The notes beneath the pieces are model-generated. The model was not told the origin of the DNA and ran no database searches. It worked only from the letters and a program-made list of their open reading frames with translations. Shown here one piece after another: positions 18,055-24,754 of a DNA stretch of 32,000 bases. The DNA is taken from positions 2,531,593-2,563,592 of the forward strand of contig NZ_AP019373.1 of assembly GCF_004323595.1 (NCBI RefSeq), in the 5' to 3' direction. The DNA is from Sulfuricystis thermophila (lineage in GTDB: Bacteria > Pseudomonadota > Gammaproteobacteria > Burkholderiales > Rhodocyclaceae). Each line of letters begins with the position of its first letter. Position 1 is the first letter of the stretch. The position numbers and the translations under genes were made by a program.

Positions 18055-18206
18055 AAACGACGTCCGGCAGCCGGAAGCCGTTGCGTTGGATGCGTCTCCC
18101 ATACGCACGGCTAGGATAGGTCTAGCAACGCTAAGAAGTCAACACTTGTTACCACTTCCCACCACCTATCCCCTACCGGCTGCCATTGCAGAAAAGGAGC
18201 ATTGCA

Positions 18207-18479
18207 ATGGCATACATTCGCATCAATCAGATTGCTGAACGACTCGGCGGCATCCATCAATCAACCGTCTGGCGCAAGCTGAGCACCGATCCCAGAGCGC
18301 CAAAGGCAGTCAGGCTTGGATCGAGGCTAACAGTTTTCGACGAAGCCGAGGTCGAGCGTTGGATTGCTGGCCTGGTCGAGGCGGCGCGACGCAATCCCGC
18401 ACCAAGGAAGCTACCGGATACCGACGCCATTCGGCGCGGCGCGGCTACTCGCAAAGCTCTGCGGCAAGCTGCCAAGTGA
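18207..18479 (+). CDS. alpA: AlpA family phage regulatory protein / excisionase-like HTH
   Basis: MAYIRINQIAERLGGIHQSTVWRKL...PKAVRLGSRLTVFDEAEVERWI matches the AlpA/MerR-type winged HTH pattern. AAGGAG lies 9 nt upstream of ATG 18207. Confidence 0.75.
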   Translation: MAYIRINQIAERLGGIHQSTVWRKLSTDPRAPKAVRLGSRLTVFDEAEVERWIAGLVEAARRNPAPRKLPDTDAIRRGAATRKALRQAAK

Positions 18480-18491
18480 CGGAGGCGGGCC

Positions 18492-18641
18492 ATGACTACG
18501 CAAACAAAATGCCGTGGGGCGGGCACCCGCACGGCAAGAAAGAATACTGAGCGGCACGATTATCGCGCGTTTCTGACCGTCAAGCCAAGCCGCATCGAGC
18601 GCAGGCAAAAGCGCTGCTGGCGGAAAGGAGCGCGGCGATGA
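18492..18641 (+). CDS. hypothetical 49-aa highly basic protein (not in the ORF track)
   Basis: ATG 18492 is preceded by GGAGG (18481-18485). The stop overlaps the next start as ATGA. 17 of 49 residues are Arg/Lys. The Arg-richness could also be a high-GC artefact. Confidence 0.4.
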   Translation: MTTQTKCRGAGTRTARKNTERHDYRAFLTVKPSRIERRQKRCWRKGARR

Positions 18642-18901
18642 ATCCTCTTCCGAAAATGACGAGCGATTTGCATCGTGTCGGCGGCGGTTATTCCGTTCAG
18701 TTTGACACCCGATCCGGCGTGCTGCGCTGCGAGTGGACACCATCTGTTCCAAGCCCGCGCGACCTGCGGCGGAAGGTGGATATGCGCAAGTATGAGGCGG
18801 CGCGTGACGCCTTTTGCGCTGAACTGGCGCGGCGTGTCTTTCCGGGCGTTCAGTCGCCTGCTGTGGTGATTGTCGCGGAGGAGATCAAAAATGACGAATG
18901 A
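18638..18901 (+). CDS. hypothetical protein (87 aa)
   Basis: AAGGAG upstream. The 3' end overlaps the primase-helicase start by 11 nt. No recognisable motif. Confidence 0.5.
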   Translation: MNPLPKMTSDLHRVGGGYSVQFDTRSGVLRCEWTPSVPSPRDLRRKVDMRKYEAARDAFCAELARRVFPGVQSPAVVIVAEEIKNDE

Positions 18902-21632
18902 CCCCATCGAATCCTTCCGCGCTGCAATCGAAGCCGCCGGCCTGACCCCGCCGAGCGTCATCGAGCCCGATGGCCGACTGCACCGGTTCGGCACCAACGG
19001 CAAGCCCGGCGATGACGCGGGATGGTATCTCTTCCATGCCGACGGAATACCCGCCGGCGTATTCGGCGACTGGCGCACAGGCTTGCAAACGACCTGGAGG
19101 GCGACCGCCGAGCGGCGCTTGTCGCCATCGGAAAACGCTGCGCTGCGCGTCAAGCTGCGGCAAATGCGCGAGACCCGCGAGGCCGCCGAGCGTGCAGGGC
19201 AGGAAGAGGCCGCGAAACGCGCCGAGGCGATATGGGCGGCATCGGCCCCGGCGACCGAGGCGCACGGATATCTTGCGCGCAAAGGAATCGGGCCGCACGG
19301 CGCTAGGGTGATCCAGTCGGGCGATTGCGCGGGATGGCTTGCGGTTCCGATGCTCTCTATCGATGGCAAGTTGTGGAACATCGAGCGCATCGCCCCGGAA
19401 AAGCCCGCCGACGGTAGCACCGACAAGAAGGGGCTTTTTCATGGCCGGCGCACAGGATGCTTCTATCTGCTCGGCAACATCGAAGGCGCAAAGGCGCTGC
19501 TGATCTGCGAGGGGTTCGCGACTGGCGTATCGCTTCATGAGGCGACCGGCCTGCCCGTGGCCGTGGCCTTCAATGCCGGGAATCTTGAGCCTGTGGCCGC
19601 GGTGCTGCGGTGCAAGCATCCCGGCCTGCCGATGCTGATCTGCGGCGACGATGATTGGCGCACTCCCGGCAATCCGGGACGCGCCAAGGCGCAAGCTGCG
19701 GCGCGAGCCGTCGGCGCGGCGGCGGTGTTCCCGATATTCGCCGGTGAGCGCGGCGAGAAGCAGACCGATTTCAATGACCTGCACCAAGCCGAAGGGTTGG
19801 AAGCGGTGCGGCGCATCATCATGCCTGCTGTCGCGGCGCTGACCGGGCAAGGCGAGCCGCAAGCGCCGAAGGCTGCCGCCGAAGTCGACGCTGCATCGGG
19901 CTGCCCCTTCCCCGGCGAAGAATCCCGCCCATGCTTCGTCGTGCTGGATGAATGGACGGAGTGGCAGGGCCGGCGCTGGCGACCCGGCACCTATTACTGT
20001 GGCGTGGCAAGGCCGAAGAAAGATGACGCCCCGGCGACGATGTTCGAGGAATGGTTTTGCTCGCCGTTGCACGTCGAGGCCGTTACCCATGACGATAGAG
20101 AAAGCAATTTCGGTAGAAGGTTGCGGTTCAAAAACAGTCTGGGCAGGTGGCGAACGTGGGCGATGCCAATGGAACTGCTGCGCGGAAGCGGTGAGGAATT
20201 GCGCGGCGAGCTTTTGGCGATGGGTGTCGAGCTTGACCCGGCGAAGTCGCGCAGTTATCTGCCTGCCTATCTGCAATCGCGAACCCCGACCCGGCGCATG
20301 CGCTGCGCCATGCGCACGGGATGGGCAGGCAAGTCTTTCGTGCTGCCCGACGAGGTAATCGGGCCGGATGCCGCTGGCGTGATTTTCCAGAGCGGCGAGC
20401 GCGGGCACGATGAGCACACGCTAGCCGGGACGCTGGAATCCTGGCGGGCCGAAGTCTCGGCGCTGGCGCGTGGCAATCCCCTGCTGACGCTGGCGATTTC
20501 TGGCGGATTCGCCGGGCCGATGCTTGCGCGATGCAACGCCGAAGGTGGCGGACTGCACTTCGTCGGCGATTCAAGCACCGGCAAAACGACGCTGCTGCAA
20601 GCGGCTTGCTCGATTTGGGGCGGGCCGAATTACCGGCGAAGCTGGCGGGCGACCGCGAACGGTCTCGAAGGCGCGGCGAGTCTGTTCAATGACTGTCTGC
20701 TTGCGCTGGACGAAATCTCCGAGGCCGACCCGCGCGAAGTCGGGCAAATCGTTTATGCCGTCGCGAACGGTTACGGTAAGCAAAGAGCATCACGCACCGG
20801 CGCGGCGCGGAGCGTGACGCGCTGGCGCTGCTTTCTGCTGTCGAGCGGTGAGCGCAGCATCGAGACTACGATGAACGAAGGCGGGCATCGGGCCAAGGCC
20901 GGTCAAAGCGTGCGACTGTTGAATGTTCCCGTCGCGCGGGAATTTGGCGCATGGGACGACCTGCACGGCGCGGCATCCCCGGCGGCATTCGCCGATGCCA
21001 TCAAACGCGCGGCGGCGGCGCATCATGGCCGCGCCGGTCGAGCCTTTCTGGAAAGGCTGACCCATGACGAGCGCGACTTTTGCGCCCTGCTCGAAGAGGT
21101 CAAGGGGCTTCCCATGTTCGCGGCGGAAGGCGGCGAAGGTCAGGAAAAGCGGGCCGCTGCGCGGTTCGCGCTGATCGGTCTCGCCGGTGAGCTTGCGACC
21201 GAGTATGGCCTGACTGGATGGGCCGAAGGCGAGGCCATCGATGCGGCGGCGCTGGCTTTTGGCTTGTGGCGATCCATGCGCGGCAGGGGCAACGACGAGC
21301 GGCGACAGATCGCCGAGCAGGTTTCCGCATTCCTTGAGCGGCACGGCGACGGGAGATTCTCGGATGCCGACGCGCCTACCGATATTGCAATTCGGGATCG
21401 AGCAGGATGGTGGCGCGACGAGCAGGGGAGTCGCATCTATCTGTTCACGGCGGAAGCGATGCGCGAAGCGCTGCGCGGTTTCGACCTCCGACGCGCATTG
21501 GACGTGCTGCAAGAGCTTGGTGCATTGCCTGCGCCAGACGGCGACGGAAAGACCGCGCATCGGTTCAGGATCGGCGGGCGGCGCATGCGGCTTTACGCCA
21601 TCAATCCCGACAAGCTGGAAGTCGCGCAATGA
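18891..21632 (+). CDS. bifunctional primase-helicase (Toprim domain + DUF927/SF3-like Walker NTPase)
   Basis: ATG 18891 is preceded by GGAGGAG. Toprim segment ALLICEGFATGVSLHEATGLPVAVAFNAGNL...LICGDDD...DFND. Walker A is GDSSTGKTT and Walker B is LLALDEISEA. This architecture is typical of island/satellite replicases. Confidence 0.8.
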   Translation: MTNDPIESFRAAIEAAGLTPPSVIEPDGRLHRFGTNGKPGDDAGWYLFHADGIPAGVFGDWRTGLQTTWRATAERRLSPSENAALRVKLRQMRETREAAERAGQEEAAKRAEAIWAASAPATEAHGYLARKGIGPHGARVIQSGDCAGWLAVPMLSIDGKLWNIERIAPEKPADGSTDKKGLFHGRRTGCFYLLGNIEGAKALLICEGFATGVSLHEATGLPVAVAFNAGNLEPVAAVLRCKHPGLPMLICGDDDWRTPGNPGRAKAQAAARAVGAAAVFPIFAGERGEKQTDFNDLHQAEGLEAVRRIIMPAVAALTGQGEPQAPKAAAEVDAASGCPFPGEESRPCFVVLDEWTEWQGRRWRPGTYYCGVARPKKDDAPATMFEEWFCSPLHVEAVTHDDRESNFGRRLRFKNSLGRWRTWAMPMELLRGSGEELRGELLAMGVELDPAKSRSYLPAYLQSRTPTRRMRCAMRTGWAGKSFVLPDEVIGPDAAGVIFQSGERGHDEHTLAGTLESWRAEVSALARGNPLLTLAISGGFAGPMLARCNAEGGGLHFVGDSSTGKTTLLQAACSIWGGPNYRRSWRATANGLEGAASLFNDCLLALDEISEADPREVGQIVYAVANGYGKQRASRTGAARSVTRWRCFLLSSGERSIETTMNEGGHRAKAGQSVRLLNVPVAREFGAWDDLHGAASPAAFADAIKRAAAAHHGRAGRAFLERLTHDERDFCALLEEVKGLPMFAAEGGEGQEKRAAARFALIGLAGELATEYGLTGWAEGEAIDAAALAFGLWRSMRGRGNDERRQIAEQVSAFLERHGDGRFSDADAPTDIAIRDRAGWWRDEQGSRIYLFTAEAMREALRGFDLRRALDVLQELGALPAPDGDGKTAHRFRIGGRRMRLYAINPDKLEVAQ

Positions 21633-21652
21633 TCCGCCCATCTTCATTTTTG

Positions 21653-21901
21653 CGTGTCCCACGTGTCCCACGTGTCCCATTGCCCGGAAACCCGCATCAA
21701 ATGGGCATTTCGGGAAATCGAGGCCGGGACACGTGGCCCTGTCCCAATGTGTCCCACGTGTCCCGGCTGCTGGTTGGAGCGTATCAGGTGGGACACATGG
21801 GACACGTCGACATTTTCGAGGTGTCCCGCCCCCGTCTGCCCGGAAACCCGCATCAAATGGGCATCTTCGCGAGGTGGGACACATGGGACACGTGGGACAC
21901 C
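21653..21901. repeat. iteron array, putative island origin of replication
   Basis: 12 perfect copies of GTGTCCC/GGGACAC plus one TGTCCCA variant. Forward triplet with 9-bp period at 21653-21679 and reverse triplet at 21875-21901. 28-bp perfect direct repeat TGCCCGGAAACCCGCATCAAATGGGCAT at 21681-21708 and 21837-21864. 12-bp inverted repeat CCGGGACACGTG/CACGTGTCCCGG at 21724-21735 and 21755-21766. Confidence 0.7.
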
Positions 21902-21965
21902 GAAAAAAATCAAAGTCGAGAGTTTTGGGTGAGTTGCAACCTGATCAGACTGGCGGAGGTGCCGA

Positions 21966-22280
21966 GTGTCGATTGAATCGTTGCTGGCGACTTTGAAATC
22001 ACGGAACCCCGGCGCTGGCGAGACGGGCACGGGGGCGCTGGACAAGCTGCGCGAGGCGGCGCAGGGCATCCGTGCGCCCCTATCCGGGCCGCATCCCGAC
22101 GGCGCTATGTCCCTGCACGTCGACCCCAGGCAACAGCGGCTCATTGATCTGGCCGAAGGGCGCGGCATCGAGGTGCTCCGGACGCTGGGCCGATTGGTGG
22201 TGATTACCGGCGGCGCTGCCGATCTGGTGGCGCTGGTTGAGGAGGCGCAATCTGATGACGAGGTGAGGCATGGCGCTTGA
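21966..22280 (+). CDS. hypothetical protein (104 aa)
   Basis: GTG start preceded by GGAGG (21955-21959). First gene of a four-gene overlapping set. No recognisable domain. Confidence 0.5.
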   Translation: MSIESLLATLKSRNPGAGETGTGALDKLREAAQGIRAPLSGPHPDGAMSLHVDPRQQRLIDLAEGRGIEVLRTLGRLVVITGGAADLVALVEEAQSDDEVRHGA

Positions 22281-22530
22281 AAAGCTCACCCAACCCGTTG
22301 AAGGCGAACTCATTCCCGCGAGCCGGACGGGATACTCGCGCCGACCGAGCCTTGGCACGGCGCGCGGCGTTCGGCGCGAACTGGCGTCGGTTTACCTCGA
22401 ACTTAGACGCGGTGAAATCGACGAGCGCCACGCGACGAGCGCCGCTTACTTGCTGCGCTGCGTGCTCGAATCAATCCGGCTTGACGAGATTGAGCAACGT
22501 TTGACTGCACTAGAGGAGACCCGCCGATGA
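22270..22530 (+). CDS. hypothetical protein (86 aa) with C-terminal coiled-coil-like segment
   Basis: ATG overlaps the upstream gene by 11 nt. The sequence RRELASVYLELRRGEIDERHATSAAYLLRCVLESIRLDEIEQRLTALEE resembles small phage-associated helical proteins, which is an impression only. Confidence 0.5.
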   Translation: MALEKLTQPVEGELIPASRTGYSRRPSLGTARGVRRELASVYLELRRGEIDERHATSAAYLLRCVLESIRLDEIEQRLTALEETRR

Positions 22531-22748
22531 ACGTAGCTGCTTTGCTGAGGCGCATTGCGAGACTTGAAGCCAAAGCCGATGACGAATGGCTGATCTACAC
22601 CCACGAGCGCGAGGAGCCCGACGGTTCCCTGACGTTGTTGAACGACCGCACATTCGACGGCGAGCCGATTGAGGTCGCGCGCATCCCGGCGAACGAGGTC
22701 GAGCGGCACCGGCGCACCGTGATCCGCATCGAGCGGAGTCACCCGTAA
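22527..22748 (+). CDS. hypothetical protein (73 aa)
   Basis: ATGA overlap with the upstream stop. AGAGGAG lies 8 nt upstream. No recognisable domain. Confidence 0.5.
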   Translation: MNVAALLRRIARLEAKADDEWLIYTHEREEPDGSLTLLNDRTFDGEPIEVARIPANEVERHRRTVIRIERSHP

Positions 22749-23131
22749 TGGCCTGTTCGCAGTTGCTGACCGAATACCTTGGCGAAGCGGCTGCAGCCAG
22801 GCTGTGCGCGGCACTCGGCGGCTGCCAGATCAAAATCCCCAAGCGGCGCGATGGCGTATGGTGGGCGCGGCTTGTCGAGGCAATCGGCGAGCGCGATGCC
22901 GAGGAGCTTTGCCGCATCTTCGGCGGCGAGAGCATCTACATCCCGCGCAATGCCGCATCGGGCCGCGAGGAGTTGCGCCGCCTGGTGCTGCGCCGCCTGG
23001 CCGCCGGTGAGACTTTCGCCGAGATTGCCCGCAGTCTGGAATTCCGCGTGCGCTACTCGGAGCGCGGGTTGAGGAAGCTGGTGGCGGGACCGGGCAACGG
23101 TGCGTTACTGAGTAACGGCGCGAGGGATTGA
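22748..23131 (+). CDS. Mor-like transcriptional activator (Mu middle operon regulator family-like)
   Basis: TAATG overlap with the upstream gene. Contains FGGESIYIPRN (the Mor signature is GGxxxYIPR) preceded by a degenerate copy GGCQIKIPKR. This is followed by an HTH-like AAGETFAEIARSLEFRVRYSERGLRKLV. 127 aa versus 129 aa for Mu Mor. Confidence 0.55.
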   Translation: MACSQLLTEYLGEAAAARLCAALGGCQIKIPKRRDGVWWARLVEAIGERDAEELCRIFGGESIYIPRNAASGREELRRLVLRRLAAGETFAEIARSLEFRVRYSERGLRKLVAGPGNGALLSNGARD

Positions 23132-23135
23132 CCGC
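23117..23135. repeat. 19-bp direct repeat copy 1 (GGCGCGAGGGATTGACCGC), spans the Mor-like gene stop
   Basis: Identical 19-mer at 23599-23617. Both copies are preceded by TACTGAG a few nt upstream. Confidence 0.7.
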
Positions 23136-23355
23136 CGGGCGGATCCGGCGCATGATCTGCGCACGGTGCTAGTCACACCAAATCGAAAGCGGCAGGCCGC
23201 CCCGATAGCGTGGCTTTGTTGCGTCTGTGGTTTGCCCTTTCAATGGGCGGATGCGCCATATCGTGAGGTATGGCGGCACGGCTTTCGACGTGTGACTAAC
23301 ATCCGCCCACCCCCGCTCGTAAACGGGCCAATAGACCTACGAAAGGAGCAATCTC

Positions 23356-23532
23356 ATGAGCACCAAGCAATCCTCCCATTACGCCATCGGCCAAGCGCTA
23401 GTCGAGCCCTACTCAATCATGCTGGAAATCCGGCCAATCGGCCTGACGCTGGAAGAATTCCGGGCCGACCTGCCGAAGCTGTTAGCCCGTCTTGAAGAGC
23501 TAATCGCAGCATCGAATGACCGGCGCACCTGA
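23356..23532 (+). CDS. hypothetical 58-aa protein (below the ORF-track size cut-off)
   Basis: ATG 23356 is preceded by AAGGAG (23343-23348). About 71% G/C at third codon positions by hand count. Sequence MSTKQSSHYAIGQALVEPYSIMLEIRPIGLTLEEFRADLPKLLARLEELIAASNDRRT. Confidence 0.55.
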   Translation: MSTKQSSHYAIGQALVEPYSIMLEIRPIGLTLEEFRADLPKLLARLEELIAASNDRRT

Positions 23533-23598
23533 GCCCCCGGCGCCGGTAGGACGGCACGAACCGCGACTGGCTCACATACTGAGAAATAGTGTGAAACT

Positions 23599-23617
23599 GG
23601 CGCGAGGGATTGACCGC
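23599..23617. repeat. 19-bp direct repeat copy 2
   Basis: Identical to 23117-23135 and immediately followed by the island terminator. Confidence 0.7.
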
Positions 23618-23624
23618 GACCCCG

Positions 23625-23649
23625 AACCCGGCGCTTGCCGGGTTTTTTT
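23625..23649 (+). terminator. rho-independent terminator at the island right end
   Basis: AACCCGGC-gctt-GCCGGGTT stem followed by TTTTTTT. Confidence 0.75.
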
Positions 23650-23727
23650 CTGGCGAGGCTGCCGCTTGGCGGCGCTGGGGATTGGTGGCATCATGCAGAC
23701 GGAGCTACCCGCCAAGCCCTGATTTTG

Positions 23728-23749
23728 TGTGCACCCAAGTGTGCACCCA
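23728..23749. repeat. attR core (TGTGCACCCAAGTGTGCACCCA)
   Basis: Perfect copy of 16459-16480. Confidence 0.8.
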
Positions 23750-23851
23750 ATCGAAAAAGTCGATTGCCGAATTCCTGTCAACCATGCGGGTTTGAGTGCT
23801 CTACTTTGTATTCAGGTGCAGTGCCGTATCACCAACGCCGACTTTGTGACC

Positions 23852-24505
23852 ATGACTTTGACGACCACCCCGCCCCTCGCCAGTGACGCCAATGCCGGTA
23901 CGCTGTTCGTCGTCTCCGCGCCTTCCGGCGCCGGCAAGACGACCCTCGTGCGGATGCTGATGGAGCGCGACCCGGCGATCCGCCATTCGGTGTCCTACAC
24001 GACCCGTCCGCCCCGTCCGGGCGAGCGTGATGGCCACGATTACCATTTCGTCGATATCCAGACCTTCCTCGCGATGCGCGAGCGCGGCGATTTCCTCGAA
24101 TGGGCCGAAGTGCATGGCAATTTCTACGGCACCTCGAAAAGCTGGCTGCTCGGCGAGCTGGCCGCCGGTCGGGACACGCTGCTCGAAATCGACTGGCAGG
24201 GCGCCCAGCAGGTGCGCGCGCTGATCCCCGAGGCCGTCGGCATCTTCATCCTGCCGCCCTCGATCGCCGAACTGGAACGGCGGCTGCGCAACCGCGGCCA
24301 GGACAGCATCGAGGTGATCCAGCGCCGCGTCGCCGCCGCGCTGGGTGAGATGCGCCACGTCGACGAGTTCGATTTCGTTATAATCAACAATGACTTGCAG
24401 GAAGCCCTGGCGGATCTGGTCGCGGCGGTGCGAGCTTCGCGCCTGCGTTTCCGGCAGCAGCGCCTCCGCCATCCTGACGTGTTCCGTTTTCTTTCATTGC
24501 TTTGA
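23852..24505 (+). CDS. gmk: guanylate kinase
   Basis: [17 protein letters not shown]-loop, [10 protein letters not shown] and [12 protein letters not shown]. Trimmed from ORF 23729 (which begins inside attR) to ATG 23852. Confidence 0.9.
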   Translation: MTLTTTPPLASDANAGTLFVVSAPSGAGKTTLVRMLMERDPAIRHSVSYTTRPPRPGERDGHDYHFVDIQTFLAMRERGDFLEWAEVHGNFYGTSKSWLLGELAAGRDTLLEIDWQGAQQVRALIPEAVGIFILPPSIAELERRLRNRGQDSIEVIQRRVAAALGEMRHVDEFDFVIINNDLQEALADLVAAVRASRLRFRQQRLRHPDVFRFLSLL

Positions 24506-24521
24506 ATTCAAAGGATTGCCC

Positions 24522-24728
24522 ATGGCCCGTATCACCGCCGAAGATTGCCTGAAACAGATTCCCAACCGTTTCGAAATGGCGTTGGCCGCCACCTGGCGTG
24601 CCCGTCAGATCGCCACCGGCAGCACGCCACTCGTCGACCCGGACAAGGACAAGCCGACGGTGATCGCGCTACGCGAACTCGCCGAAGGCAAATATGGGGC
24701 CGAAGTCCTGCACCGCAGCCTGGTCTGA
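24522..24728 (+). CDS. rpoZ: DNA-directed RNA polymerase subunit omega
   Basis: [30 protein letters not shown]..., 68 aa, in gmk-rpoZ-spoT synteny. Confidence 0.95.
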   Translation: MARITAEDCLKQIPNRFEMALAATWRARQIATGSTPLVDPDKDKPTVIALRELAEGKYGAEVLHRSLV

Positions 24729-24754
24729 CGGTATGTAGGCGAAGGGGCGTCCTC

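Larger units (their letters stand above)
16459..23749. mobile_element. integrated genomic island / putative P4-PICI-like minimalist satellite (int, alpA, primase-helicase, iteron ori, small accessory genes)
   Basis: Perfect 22-bp direct repeat at both ends, with the integrase adjacent to the left repeat. The flanks (yicC and gmk-rpoZ-spoT) are usually neighbours in proteobacteria. Internal gene content is replication/regulation only. Confidence 0.8.

Noticed and set aside
17884-18108. 74-aa minus-strand ORF between int and alpA (a possible repressor)
   Set aside because: It has no SD, no HTH-like segment, and it contains the 14-bp hairpin. It is kept only as a remote possibility for an immunity gene.
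18885-21884. 510-aa and 364-aa minus-strand ORFs opposite the primase-helicase
   Set aside because: Arg/Pro/Ala-rich with no motifs. The plus-strand gene carries Toprim and Walker motifs and a strong RBS.
21653-21901. Possible CRISPR array
   Set aside because: The repeats are 7-9 bp and directly abutting or irregularly spaced. They occur in both orientations, have no unique spacers of uniform length, and no cas genes are nearby.
21241-22168. ORFs crossing the iteron block (21241-21996 +, 21407-21976 +, 21654-21932 +, 21644-22168 -), with peptides such as VSHVSHVSH and WDTWDTWDT
   Set aside because: The periodic peptides are just translations of the 9-bp tandem iterons. The region lacks RBS-start structure and is better explained as non-coding ori DNA.
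23166-23495. 109-aa ORF (GTG start) overlapping the 58-aa gene
   Set aside because: Third-position G/C is only about 56% by hand count in its unique part, and it has no SD and an implausible sequence. The alternate-frame 58-aa ORF has a strong SD and higher GC3.
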